64,000 nt of DNA from the human T2T-CHM13v2.0 reference genome, Homo sapiens, in the NCBI RefSeq assembly GCF_009914755.1, contig NC_060935.1; one strand, 5' to 3'. The translations under genes and the position numbers were made by a program. Positions 46,191 to 61,845 of the stretch are shown in pieces (the stretch's first letter is position 1; every line of letters starts with the position of its first letter). Below the pieces are notes generated by a model. The model searched no databases, was not told where the DNA came from, and saw only the letters and a program-made list of their open reading frames with translations.

Positions 46191-48027
46191 AATAATATTG
46201 TTAGGTTAGATACATTCTCTCAAATAGATCTACAGATTCAATACAATTTCTAATGGGATCCAAGTTGACTGCTTTATAGAAATTGAGAAGTCAAAACTAA
46301 AATTAATATGGAAACAGAAGGGACCCAGAATAGTATAAATAAACTTTTTGGAAGAAAGAACAATTTAGGGGGCCTCACAACTCCCAGTTTTAATACTTAT
46401 TAGAAAAAAAAAATCAGTGATCAAAACATGACCATGCTAGCATAAGTAGGAATAGAAATATAGGTCAATGGAATAAAATGCAGTGTTTAGAAATAAAGGC
46501 ATGTCTACAGTCAGCTTAATTTCAACAAGAGTGCCAAGACTATTTAATGAGGAAAGAACTGTCTTCAACAAATGGTGCTAAGACAACCATATAGCCACAT
46601 GCAAAGATTGAAGTTGTAATTTTACTTAACACTGTTTACAAAAATTAACTCAAAATGAATTGAAAACCTAAATATAAGAGCCGAAACTATAAATCTGTGT
46701 CAGAAGAAAATACAGAGGCAAATATTCATGATGTCACATTTGACAGTGGTTTCTGACATATGACACAAGACAAACAAGCAACAACAGCAAGAAATAGAAT
46801 AAATGCACTTTATCAAAATTAAAAACATTTGTGCATCAAAAACACTATCAAGAAAGTGAAAGTGCAACTCACAGAAATAGAACATATTTATTAATCATAT
46901 ATCTGCTAAGGGGCTAGTTTTAAGAATCTATAAAGAACATCCACAACTCAATTATAATAAGATAATGGAGAAAATGGGAAGACGTTAGTCAAAGGGTAGA
47001 AAAATATAGTTATGTAGGATGAATAAGTTCCAGAGATATAATATATACATGGTGACTATAGTTAATAAGATTGTATTGTATACTTGAAAGTTGTTAAGAG
47101 AGTAGATCTGAAATGTTCTTATACACCACACCAAAAAAAAAAAAAAAAGAAAAAAGAAAAAAGAAAACTAAGGAACTAAGTCGGTGGATACATTAATTAG
47201 TTTGATGTTATAATCATTTCACATTGCATATGTATACAAAACACATTGTACATCATATGTCTACAATTTTTATTGTCAATTATATCTAAATAAGGCTGAA
47301 AAAGATGGGCAAAGATCTGAAGAAAAACTTATCCAAATATACATAAAGGACAATAAGGTCATAAGAAAACTCTCATTAGTAATTACCAAAATGTAAGCCA
47401 AAGCACAAGATATCCTTCACATCCACTGGGATAACTATAGCAATAATAATTTTTTAAAAGAAATATAACAAGTATTAATAAAGATGTGGAAAATCTGGAA
47501 CCATTGTACATTGCTGCTGGGAACCTAAACTGGAAAACAGTGGAAAACAGTGTGGGAATTACTATTCTCCTAGTTATATACTCAAGAAATAAAAAACAAA
47601 CAAGCAAGAAAAATGTACAAAATATTTATAACAGTACTATTCACAACAGCCAAAAGACGGAAACAACCCAAATACCCATCCATAGATGACGGAGAAACAA
47701 AACATGGTGTTTCTATTCACTGGAATATTATTCGGTCATACAAAAGAATAAAGTACTGCTACATGCTACATCATGGATGAACATTGAGAATATTATACAA
47801 AGTGAAAAAGGCCAGTCAAAAAAGACCACATGTATGATTCCATTTATATAAAATATTCAGAGTAAATAAATAGAGACAGAAAATAGGTTAGTGTTTGCTT
47901 CTGATATGGGGTGGTGATGAGGTGGAGGTAGACAGATTTCTACGTGTGTTGAGGGAAATCTAAAATCAACTGTAGTAATTAATGGTTGAAGATTTTTTGT
48001 ACTATGGTAAAAATTCATTGAATTATA
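46190..48027 (+). mobile_element. L1MB-type ORF2-end/3'UTR, interrupted by an L1MA 3' tip and by HSMAR2
   Basis: Restarts at GATCTACAGATTCAATAC; 3'UTR ACATGCTACATCATGGATGAAC, TGATTCCATTTATATAAAAT; resumes TACACTT at 49644. Confidence 0.8.
46965..47302 (+). mobile_element. L1MA9/10-like 3' tip nested in L1MB
   Basis: GTCAAAGGGTA..GATGAATAAGTTC..GGTGACTATAGTTAATAA..AAGAGAGTAGATCT..AATAAGGCTGAAAA. Confidence 0.8.
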
Positions 48028-48207
48028 TGAGAGGTCTTTAAGAGTTTCATAGAAAATGTGTATTATGAAAAAAATGCATGGATTTCAAAAATATTTAGCA
48101 CCAAAATAAACTCATACTAACTTGTTATAATGTGTATGCACAGGATCTAGTGTGAGGCAGTAAGTAAAACAAGAGATAGGCTTGAAAAGAACCCCTATCA
48201 GAACAAC

Positions 48208-49581
<1,374 letters not shown>

Positions 49582-49664
49582 AGTTTCTATTTTCTATTTT
49601 TATCTTTTAATTTCATTTTTCAAAAACTTTTTAAAGTCCCTCATACACTTCATGAGTACAGGCA

Positions 49665-50008
<344 letters not shown>

Positions 50009-50379
50009 CTAAAGAGTTTCTGAATAAGAAAGAAAACAACACAATGAAAAGGCAAGCTACAGACTGGGAGAAAACATTTGCAAACCATTTATCTGACAAA
50101 GGGTTAATATTCAAAATGTACAAATAACTCCTAAACCTCAATAGCAAAATAATAAGAATAATAAATATGTGAAAGGAACTTCTTAGACATTTCTCCAAAG
50201 AAGACATACATACAAATGGCCAATAGATACATAAAAGTGGGCTCACCATTATTAATCATCCAAAGGGAAATCAAAACAGTTGTGAAATATCACCTCACAA
50301 CCGTTAGGATGGCAATTATTTTTTTTAAAAGATAGCAAGTGTTGGCTAGGATGTGAAGAAAAGGGAAATCCTGTACATT

Positions 50380-51135
<756 letters not shown>

Positions 51136-51599
51136 ACACTCTGTGAGAATGCAAATTGTTACAGCCACTATAGCAAACGGAATGGACATTGCACGAAAGA
51201 TTTAAAATAGAACTACTATGCGATCCAGTAATTCCACACCTGGATATATACCCAAAATAATTGAAATCAGGTTGTCAAAGAGATATCCTCTTGCTCATGA
51301 TCATTACAGCATTATCACATGGAAGCAACCTGTATGTCCACTGTCAAATGAATAGATAATGAAAATGTGGCATATACATACAATGAAACACTATTCAGCC
51401 TTAAATGAGGAAAATTCTGCCATTTGTGACAATATTGATTTATCTTGAGGACATAATGCTAAGTAAAATAAGCTAGATACAGAACAAATACATCATACCA
51501 CTTATATAGCATGTATATATAATATACCAAAAATGTTCAGACTTACAAAAGCAGAGAATAGAAAGATGATTGCCAGGAGCTTGCAGATCCCAAAGTGTC

Positions 51600-54500
51600 C
51601 AGGTGGCAATCTTCTAGTTTAATGGAATTTTTGTTGGGTCTCCTGGTGGCAGCATTCCTCCCTCTGGAACTAAGACCTTTAGGCCAGCAGAACGTAACGT
51701 TTCGGGAAGAGGAAGCAAAAATTTTGCTAGTGGATCACTAATGGTGATGGTGAGGGATGCCACTTTCACATCCACCCCTTGATTCCTGGACCAGTGAATC
51801 CTAGTTATGGGAGAAACAATAAAATATATTGGATGCTGATTCAGAGAATACATGGCCTTTGGAGAACTTTGTTGCAGCTCTGCAAAGTGTTGTCACTTAG
51901 TTGGTATTGTTATTGTGACTTCAAAAGGCCATTCCACTCTTCTATCAATCCAGCTGCTTCATGGTGATGGGGAACATAGTAAGACCAGTGAATTCCATGA
52001 GCATGAGCCCCACTGCTGCACATCTTTAGTCATAAAGTGAGTGCCTTGGTCAGAGCAATACGGTGCAGAATACCATGACTGTGGATAAAGCATTCCATGA
52101 GTCCATGGATGTTAGTCTTGGCAGGAGCATTGTGTGCAGGGTAGGCAAACCCATATCCGAAGTAAGCGTCTATTCCAGTGAAGACAAACCTCTGCCCTTT
52201 CTATGATGGAAGAGGTCCAATATAATCAACCTAGAGGGACAGAACTAATAGGATATATAAATATATACACATATATGTATATATATATATGTATATTATA
52301 TATATAGGGGAGTCTATTAAGTATTAACTCACATGATCACAAGGTTCCACATTAGGCCATCTGCAAACTGAGGAAATGCCGCCACATAGCTGGCTGATCA
52401 CCATAAGGAATGGTGCCATATCCAGGGCTCTGTGTTGGTCTCTGCTGCTGGCAAGTTGGGCACTCAGCAGTGGCCGTAGCCAGGTCAGCCATGGTAAGTG
52501 GAATTCCATGTTGTTGAGCCCATGTGTAACCTCCATTTCTGCCACCATGGCCACTTTTCTCATGGGCACATTGGGCAATGACAAGGGTGGGTAGAAAAAG
52601 AGGCTGTGTGGTATCCACAGAACCAGTCATCCTAGCTGATTGATTATTAAAATCCTCCTCTGCTGAGGTCACTCATTGGTGAACACTCACATGGGATACA
52701 AATATCTTCACAGTTTGTGACCATTCAGATACCTCTTTCCCAAATTTATTTGTCACCAGTTTATCAATTATGCTTCTTCCAAGTCCCTGACCATCCGACC
52801 AAACCATTGCCTATAGCCTATGAATCAGTATATAATCGCACATCTGGTCATTTCTCCTTCCATGCAAAGTGCACAACCAGGTGCACTGCTTGAACTTCTG
52901 CCCACTGGGAAGATTTTACTTCACCACTGTCCTTCAGAGATGTCCTAGAAAGGGGCTGTACTGCTGCAGCTGTCCACTTTCCGGTGGTGCCTGCATATCA
53001 TGCAGAACTGTCTATGAACCAGGCCCTAGTCTTCTCTTCTGTCAACTGATCATAGGGAACTCCCCATTAGGCCATCGGGGCAGGCTGGAGAAGACAAGGC
53101 AGGGTGGCAGGAGTGGAGATCATGGGCATCAAGCCACTTCTTCATGTAACTTACTTGTGCCTTCAGGACCTGCTCAAGCCCAGTCATGTATATACCACTT
53201 CCATTTGATGATGGAATGCTCCAGAGCACTCCCAACTTTATGGCTGGATTGGTCAGAAAGCACCCAGTTCATGACAGGCAGTTCAGGTCTCATGGTGACT
53301 TGATGACCCATAGTCAGACATTCAGTTTCCACCGAAGCCCAATAACAAGCCAAGAGCTGCCTCTCAAAAAGACAGTAGTTGTCTGCAGGATATGGCAGGG
53401 TCTTGCTTCAAAATCCTAGAGGCCTTCACTGTGATTCACATATGAGGGCCTGCCAGAGGCTCCAAACAGCATCCCTATCTACTACTGAAACTTCAAGCAC
53501 CATTGGATCTATTGGGTCCTATGGCCCAAGTGGCAGAGAAGCTTGCACAGCGGCCTGGACCTGTTGCAGGGCTTCTCTTTTTCTGGACCCCTCAAAACTG
53601 ACAGCCTTTCGGTTCACTCATTAAGCGGGCCATATTATCACACCCAAATGAGGAATGTGTTGCCTCAAAAATCCAAATAGGCCCACCAGGGGTTGTGCCT
53701 CTTTCTTGGTTGTAGGAGAGGCCAAATGCAGCAACTGATCCCTCACCTTAGAAGGAATGTCTCGACAGGCCCCACACCACTGGACCACTAGAAATTTTAC
53801 TGAGGTAGAAGATTCCTGAATTTTAGTCAGATTTATTTCCCATCCGCTGCTATGCAAATATCTCACTAATAAGTCCAGCATGCTTGCCACTTCTTGCTTA
53901 CTGGATCCAATCAGCATAATGTCACCAATGTAATGGACCAGTGTGATATCTTACAGAAGCAAAAAGCGATCAGGGTCTTTCCAAATAAACTATGATGCAA
54001 AGCTGGAGAGTTGATATACCCCTGAGGGAGGACTGTAATGGCATATTGCTGGCCTTGCCAGCTGATGGCAAAGAGCTTCTGGTGGGCCTTATGGACAGGA
54101 AAGAAGAAAAAGGCATTTGCCAAGGTAATGACTACAAACCAGGTACCAGAAGATGTGTTCATTTGCTCAAGCAATGAAATTACATCTGGTATAGCAACTG
54201 CAATTGGAGTCAACACTTGGTTAAGCTTACAATAATCCATGTCATTCTCCAAGATCCACCTGTCTTCTTCACAGGCCAAATGGGAGAGTTGAATGGGGAT
54301 GTGGTGGGAATCACCACCCCTGGGTCTTTCAGTTCCTTGATGGTGGCACTAATCTCTGCAATGCATCCAGGGATGTGATATTGTTTTTATTTACCATTTT
54401 TCTAGGTAGAGGCAGTTCTGATGGCTTCCAATTGGCCTTTCCCACCATAGTAGCCCTCACTGTACCAGTCAGAGAGCCAATGTGAGGGTTCTATCAGCTG

Positions 54501-54800
54501 CTAATTAGGCCTATGCCAATTATGCATTCTGGCACTGGGGAAATGACCACAGGATAAGTCTGGGGACACACTGGACCCAGTGTAAGTCAGACCTGAGCTA
54601 AAACTTCATTAATTACCTGACCTCCATAAGCTCCTACTTCAACTGGAGGACCACAATGACATTTTCAGTACCCTGGAATCAACATCAGCTCAGAGTCAGT
54701 GTCCAATAGTCCCCAAAATGTATAATCATTTTCCTTTCCCTAATGCACAGTTATCCTGGTAAATGGCCAGAGGTCTCCTTGGGGAAAGACGAGGGAAAGA
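51600..54800 (-). pseudogene. pol: HERV-L pro-pol(-dUTPase start) remnant
   Basis: Protease LLDTDSEL (DTG decayed) at about 54700; RT LPQGYINSP and YIGD (YIDD decayed) at about 53925; IN H-H-C-C AHEKSGHGG..CPTC in ORF 52352-52672; LVPEGGMLPPG in ORF 51614-51853. Confidence 0.9.
52232..52376 (-). mobile_element. MLT2A LTR fragment inserted within the HERV-L integrase region
   Basis: TAGAGGGACAGAACTAATAGGA(TA)n..TAGGCCATCTGCAAACTGAGGA matches the 5' LTR at 56663-56758 in the same orientation. Confidence 0.88.
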
Positions 54801-54829
54801 TTAACAGCATAAACTGTCAGTAGTGTAGT

Positions 54830-56570
54830 GGGGTCCTTCTTCAAGGGGACCTGGCCTCCCCTTCATTCAGGGGGTCCTGGGTCTGTAAACTTGCTCAAAT
54901 CTGGACATTGATTCAGTGGCCGTGATTCTCTTTTTGGTAATTCAAATTAGTCTTTTGTCCATTTGACCTTGAAGTTATCTGCTTATATAAATTATGTAGG
55001 AATACAGTAGCCTTTGTATCAATTTTACTTCCAGGAACACTGTGATTAATTAGCCAGTGACTGAGCTCTTCATGAGTCAGACTATTCTGATTGCTTTTTG
55101 ACTCACTGTCCATTATGGTAGATATGCCCACCTTGCCTTTGATGGTTGAGCCCCGCCACTTGGCTCCTGCCACCTCAGGATGCAATTATTCCCATTGTAG
55201 TTAAATTTTGTAGTTGAGTGACTGTAGTTTCCACTGTTAGATCTGATATACCAAGAAGAACAATTACAGGGCTCTTCAAAGATGCAGGTGCTGACATCAC
55301 AAATCTATTTCACAAGGCATTGGTCAAAGGTATATTTTCTGGACCCTTCCAGCTGGAATGAGTAGGTCTAAAGTGACCAATCCATTCCCTCATCCCAATC
55401 TCCCTAAGCCTTTGGATCCCTTCCTCTACATTAAACCAAGGAAAACCAGGCATTTCCAGCTCGCTCTCTGTGGGCCATCTTTTAATCCATATTTCAGCTA
55501 AACAAGCCAATAAATTATTATAACCTTTTTTAAATCCCCTAGGTGTAACATTAAATGGAGAATTCCTACTAAGTGGGCCCAAATTAATAAATTCTGGCTG
55601 ATCCAACTCTGTGTTTCTTCCACCATTATCTCACACCCTTAATATCAATTCCCTTGCCTGTTCTCCAGATTTCTGTTTATATAAATTAGAAAACTCAAGC
55701 ATTTCTTTTCCAGTGTAGCACACCTCTTCATGGGTCACACTCTCAACCTCACCTCTAGGGGCTCACCAGGACTTTAGTCTAGTTATAGGACTAAAAGCAA
55801 GCAGGGGTCACGGAGATGGCTCCTGAGGAGAATCAACATTATGTTGCCTGACTAACTGCCCCAGGGGTGACCATCATTGTTGCCTTAGGCAGTGCAGGAT
55901 TTATCTCCTCAGACAAAGTTGGAAAGGCTGATGGCAGCATGCATCCTGGAGGGGATGTTGCCACTAATGGGGATAGAGAAGCTGTTTCTTCTGGCAAAAA
56001 AAGTTCATTAGAGTTTCAAACTCAGTGTCCCCAGCTTCATCAGGATCCTCTCACACATCCTCATTCCAAGTTGCAGGTTCTCATTCTTTTCCAATCAATG
56101 CCCTCACTGTAACAGTAGACACCTGGTGAGTCTGTGCATGTGCTATTCACTGTAGGGTAGGCACTTGCATGATAAGAGCTTGTGTTTGTTTTTCCACAAT
56201 TTCAACTCTTTCTCTACAGGAAATAAGACTCTCACTTGGGGAAATCTTAGCAGATTTAGGACTCAGTATCTGCTTCTGAAGGCAGAAGTTAGAATCCCTG
56301 AGTTCATCATTTTCTTTTATCACTGTGTCCACTAAACTTAGGAGCAACCAATGAGCTTCATTATGTTCCTTGTTTCTCCGCATGTGGTCAAAGGTATTAT
56401 GTATAGAGTCAATAAACTCCTTGCCTGTCATGAGCCGTGAATCGTGGGTGTCAAATGAATTTAGTTTGCATAATTCTGTAAGTGGTTTACACCAAGGACT
56501 GTCAGTGTTCTCCATACTATTAGAAGTAGAGTTCTTAGCATTTTTGGGTCTAATCATATTAAGCAGCCCA
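54830..56570 (-). pseudogene. gag: HERV-L gag remnant (frameshifted)
   Basis: ORFs 56147-56557 (MIRPKNAKNSTSNSMENTDSPW), 55310-55606 (EIWIKRWPT..PWFNVEEGIQRLREIG), 54913-55185. Confidence 0.88.
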
Positions 56571-56643
56571 CTCCAGAAACCCTAACGAAAGAACTCCATC
56601 CTTAATATTCTGCTTCTCTAGAAACACTCCTGGTACCAAAATC

Positions 56644-57076
56644 TGTATTAGTCAGGGTTCTCTAGAGGGACAGAACTAATAGGAGATATATATATATATA
56701 TATATATATATCTTGTGGAATCACAAGATCCCTTAATAGGCCATCTGCAAAATGAGGAGTAAGGAGAGCCAGTCTAAGTTCCAAAAGTGAAGAACTTGGA
56801 GTCCAATGTTGGAGGGCAGGAAGCATCCAGCACAGGAGAAGATGTAGGCTGGAAGACTACGCCAGTCTAGTCTTTTCACGTTTTTCTGCCTGCTTTATAT
56901 TCTAGCCATGCTGGCAGCTGATGAGGTGGTGCCCACCCACATTAAGGATGGGTCTGCCTTTCCCAGCCTAGTGAGTCAAATGTTAATCTCCTTTGGCAAC
57001 TCCCTCAAAGACACACCCAGGATCAATAGTTTTCATCCTTCAATCCAGTCAAATTGGCACTCAATTAACCATCACA
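56644..57076 (-). mobile_element. MLT2A1-like 5' LTR of HERV-L
   Basis: Reverse strand TGTGATGGTTAATTGAGTG ... CTAGAGAACCCTGACTAATACA; (TA)n near 3' end. Confidence 0.93.
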
Positions 57077-57763
57077 CATACCAGTCAGTTACTGTACTTG
57101 GTAATGCTCAAGATAAATACTAGAGCTTTTTGCACCTAATTTACATTTTATAATCCCAGAAGCTCTTAGAGCAAAGTGTGAGCTGGGGTTTCTGTGATGA
57201 AGAATTATTATTTTTTCAAAATTAATTTCATGAAACTCATATATATAATATATATAATCTAATATTGGAAAAAATAATCCCAAAGTATTTGCCTAATCCA
57301 GGTATGAGGGCTGGCTTTGCATCACACTAATAAATTAAAAGTAAGAACAGGCAAATGATTCTGAATCAAATGATTTAGATCACATTCTTATTCACCCTCT
57401 GCTCCCTGCTCAAATTTCTTCATCCAAACTCTTCTATTCTTGTACTAACAGAAAGTGATGGGCTGGACTAAGAGTAGCGGTTTCTGCTTGGTTTAGATAA
57501 GCACTTCAAAGGTCGTGTGCTTATCACATCTATCTGCCACTCTTGACACAGCAAAATTGCTTTGGATATCTCGCCAGACCAGCTTTACTTATGATATATA
57601 TTTTTTTCTTATTCTAAGGTCTTCAAGATAAAAAGTGCAATGAATAGGCATTGATCTCTATTCTTCTGATCCAAACTAAGTCAGAAATTCTGCAAATTGA
57701 AGGTGATATGTACATTACAGGCCAATGGAGAATTTAAAATTCATGAAAGTTGCCACACTAGTC

Positions 57764-57990
57764 TTTTTTTTTCTTTTTTTTATTATTATTATACTTTAAG
57801 TTCTAGGATACATGTGCACAACGTGCAGGTTTGTTACATATGTATACATGTGTCATGTTGGTGTGCTGCACCCATTAACTCGTCATTTACATTAGGTATA
57901 TCTCCTAATGCTATTCCTTTCCCCTTCCCCCACCCCCCAACAGTCCCCAGTGTGTGATGTTCCCCTTCCTGTGTCCATGTGTTCTCATTG
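57764..57990 (-). mobile_element. Short L1PA (about PA4) 3'UTR insertion
   Basis: Poly-T, TTTAAGTTCTAGG..CCCATTAACTCGTC; imperfect TSD GTTGCCACACTAGTC/GTTGCCACCTGGTC with about 13 extra nt at the 5' junction. Confidence 0.92.
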
Positions 57991-58221
57991 ATTTTCAAAG
58001 TAGGTTGCCACCTGGTCGTCAAAAATATCCTTTAGTGTGCATTTCTAGAAATAATTTTATTATATAAGGAAGGAAAAAATATAAGAGAAGAAAATAACTG
58101 GGGAAAGGGAAATAGTGCAAGAGGGTGTTTAAATGTTACTAATGACCAGGGAGGGGAAAAACACCTGGAAAAGTTTTCCATAAATATTAATATCTTATAA
58201 CATGTTATGCTATTTCTCTAT

Positions 58222-58267
58222 CACACACACACACACACACACACACACAAGCACACATACACACACA
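58222..58267. repeat. (CA)n microsatellite
   Basis: Interrupted CA run. Confidence 0.9.
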
Positions 58268-58419
58268 TTCGATATGCTTACCATTTATGCATAACTGGAG
58301 ATGTGTTTTGCAAAACTGTGACTTAAGTCAGTAATAATTGAAAAAACAAAATACAAATGCAATACATCTGCAACAGTCCCCGTTCACCTTAAATATTAAA
58401 TAAAAACAGAAATAACCTT

Positions 58420-59040
58420 TTCATTCATTTATTGATTCAACACCCTTTTAGCTTATGATTGTTATATGGAAAAACAAAGTGTAACATGCTGTGAGGAATA
58501 AAATACAAATATGACTAAGTACTTGATTTTATGTTTCTTAAAACACATAGAGGGGAATTATAAATAACTTTCTGCTCAGGTTATTTTTAAAATATAATTT
58601 TTGTCATTTAAGTTTTGTTTGAAATTGTAAACAGATGGCAGTTCTGAAATGTTGTTTACATGAGATATTCTTTGACTACACCGTAAGTAATTTTTGAGTA
58701 TCCAAAAAGGAAACTTAGTATTCAGTTCAATAGTAAGCATCAAGCACTGTTTTGCAAATGTGATAATATCAGAAGCCTCGCATGTAGAGGAGAGATTTAC
58801 ATAATAAAGTCAAGCACTGGTTAGACTGAGAAGAAGCATATCTGGAAAAGCAAATCTGATGCTGAATTTCAGCCGTGAAGCATATAGATAATATAATCAG
58901 AAATGATGCTGAAATTTTTATTTTAAATAACATTGGAGGATCCCACAAATATCAGGCTTGACTACTTGGCCTTTTTTCTGCATATAACAAGGAGTTGTTG
59001 AAACTTTTTGGAGAAATAAATGATATAATCTAGGTCTTTT
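58420..59040 (-). mobile_element. L2 remnant
   Basis: TCATTCATTTATTGATTCAACA 3'-end motif; AAGGAGTTGTTGAAACTTTTT..AAATGATATAATCTAG motif near 59000. Confidence 0.5.
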
Positions 59041-59399
59041 AGTTATAAATATTTTCCATTTCCCGGAGGCATTGAAAGGAATCTCTAAAAAGAAATTAAT
59101 TTAACTGACATCCTGTAAATTCACAACTGAATCACCTTAATGGTCTTCTTAGAGTTTTTTTATATCTTTCTTTCATTACTGGCACCTTCTTTGGCTTCAA
59201 TAGTTATATGAATGTGGATATTTTATTTATTAGCCCCTCTGCTTTGCCGAATGAGAAGTTTAAATATTTTTTCAAAGAATTGCCACTCCCGCTCCCAACT
59301 ACAAGAGTTTAGCGTTGATATATTTTACTTTTAGAATTTTAAACAAGCTGCCATCTGTTTAAAGGTTTAAACAAAACTTAAGTAACAAAATTATATTTT
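58589..59399. repeat. Inverted repeat, 53-bp arms (58589-58641 and 59348-59399)
   Basis: 46 of 53 positions match by manual alignment, incl. TAAACAGATGGCAG / CTGCCATCTGTTTA. Confidence 0.85.
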
Positions 59400-60147
59400 C
59401 AAATTGACTCGTTATTTGGATGCCTTTAATAGAGTTTTTCACTTTCTTCATTGCATGTTTCCGCTGAACATCTTTATGATCTATTCATTACAGGTACATC
59501 CCTTTAATTGAAGCTACCTGGTCACTGCATTTTAGTAAAGATTAGCTCTCTGTTTTTTCATTGTATATAACCGCTATGTGACAAATACTCCACTACCATT
59601 TCTTCGTTAGTAATTAGGACCACTTATATTTCTTTCTTTACCTACGAGGCACAGTGGAAGGAAAACAGATCTTTATTTTATATCAATAATATTATCGTTT
59701 TGAGAGGTAAATATTGAGGACCGTATCTTATATGTTTCTGTGATTACAAACTACATTTAAATGCACTCACAGCAAATGCCATATATCAATATTACACTTA
59801 TCTCAATCTACATTAAAGCAAACTTTCTCGTGACTCGGGAGTTATTCTATAGATCAAACTGGGATTAGTCTTACGTTAAGTTCTTTTTATTTCCTAATTG
59901 TCCTCTGGTAGTCATTGTCTCAGAGATTTCTGCAGCATTATTCTTTGATATTTTGATAATTTTATTGCCAGATGCATTCACTAATAAAAATAAGTCAAAG
60001 GCCTCTCATAAGCATTCAAGTACCTGTTTGAAGTGACATTATTATTATTTTTGTTGTCATTGTTTTTCTGTTATTATTGCCTTTGCCTATTACCAGATGC
60101 ATTATTTTACAAAGTCATAATGCTATCACATATGTAGGTAGAATTGG

Positions 60148-60223
60148 TATATGTATATATATATTTATTATTATTATTATATATTTTTATTATTATATAT
60201 TTTTTATTATTATATATATATTT
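60148..60223. repeat. (TA)n/(TTA)n low-complexity tract
   Basis: Almost pure A/T simple repeat. Confidence 0.9.
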
Positions 60224-61204
60224 TAACTGAGTGCTATGGGGACTTCAAGCAGGAAGAAGTTAATTTGTTATTTGATTTAAGAAAGATGCAGTATTTACTG
60301 AAGCAGCTGAAATTAAGTTTCTCGTTTATAATTGAACCACATAATCAGCAATACTGCTGGATATTTCAATGGGCAGCAATAGAACTTTATGACCTAATAG
60401 CTACTAATACCAAGTGCATCTTGAAAATACATAATTTATTTCTTTTTTCTTCTTCAGCTTTTTCTCTTTTCCAGGATACTGATTAACACAGTAGAGGCTT
60501 GAATTGTGGCAATGTTGTCTGTTCTTGCCTCTTCTGCTTCTGTAAATCTGGATCATTCAACATTGTTTATCACCTGAAAAGTGACCCCATTATTTATAAT
60601 AAAAATGACCTTTCCATGTCCAAGGTGACTTTCCTTGAACAACCAGAAGAAAAATGTGTTCTTTTTTTCTCACTATTTTTTAGTCCTACTCAGCCTTCAG
60701 AAAGCACACTCTAAAAGGATTTAGAGTCAAAGATAATCTGAGGATGACCCATTTAATGGGCAAATAGACCTTTAACCTGCTAGATAGATGTGTCTTCCTA
60801 ATAGGAACCCCCACATTTTGTTTTCCTGCTCCAGCATTTTGATCAATATTGGTAGAACCCAGGTTATTTATTTATATTGGTATAATGCCTGAATAGGGGG
60901 CAACTCCACCTTGATGTTTTACAGTGGCCTGAAACACATTAGCACCAAAAATAAATTGATCAACCTCTTTCTTCCCTTTCTAGGGCTCCAGGGGAGTTGT
61001 TTTTCTCAGAATTTGTGAGCACGCCCAATAGGTTTTGTATTTATTTAACTATTTTTTCCTTTTCTCTCCATACTTCCCTTTTAAGGCATTTTTTTCTATT
61101 AATATACTTTCCAGTTAATGAATTTGTTTTCTGCTCTAGCCAATCTGTTGATTAAGTTATAGTAAATCAAAAATTTCATCTGTTGTATTGTTCTTTTGTT
61201 AAAT

Positions 61205-61845
61205 AATTTCAACTTGTATTTGAGATTCATGGAGCACATGTGCAGGTTTCATACATGTGTATATTGGGTGATGCTGAGGTTTGGGGTACAAATTATCTTA
61301 TCACCCAGGTAGTGTGCACTCTACCCAATAGTACACAATAGTCTTTCAACCCACATACCTCTCCCTCCCACCCCCTGTAGTAGTCCCCAGTGTCTGTTGT
61401 TCTCATCTTTATGTTTATGTGTATTCAGTGTTAGCTCCCACTTCTAAGTAAAAACATGCAGTATTTGGTTTTCTGTTCCTGTGTTAATTCGCTTAGAATA
61501 ATGGCCTTCAGTTGCAACCATGTTACTGCAAATGACACAATTTTGTTCTTTGTATGGCTGTGTAGTATTACATGATATATATATTATATATGGTAATATA
61601 TAATATATATACCATATATAATATATATACCATATATAATATATATATTACATAGTATATTATATATTTCATATATATTATATATACTATATATATACAT
61701 ATACTATATATAATATATAGTATATGTATATTATATTTTTTTTATATATATATATATATATATAGCATTGTCTTTATCCAGTTCACCATTGATGGGCACC
61801 TAGGTTAATTCCCTGTCTTTGCTATGGCAAATAATGTTGCAATGA
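61205..61845 (-). mobile_element. L1PA15/16-like 3'UTR fragment with expanded (TA)n at 61575-61765
   Basis: GTGATGCTGAGGTTTGGGGTAC..TCACCCAGGTAGTG; TCCAGTTCACCATTGATGGGCACCTAGG. Confidence 0.85.

Larger units (their letters stand above)
51585..57076 (-). mobile_element. HERV-L provirus, 5' LTR + gag-pro-pol, truncated in the dUTPase region; no 3' LTR
   Basis: MLT2A LTR followed by internal start GATTTTGGTACCAGGAGTG; colinear gag, protease, RT, RNaseH and IN remnants. Confidence 0.95.

Noticed and set aside
51600-56570. Possible functional HERV-L gag/pol or Fv1-like restriction gene
   Set aside because: No ORF above about 140 aa; protease DTG reads DTD and RT YIDD reads YIGD; IN interrupted
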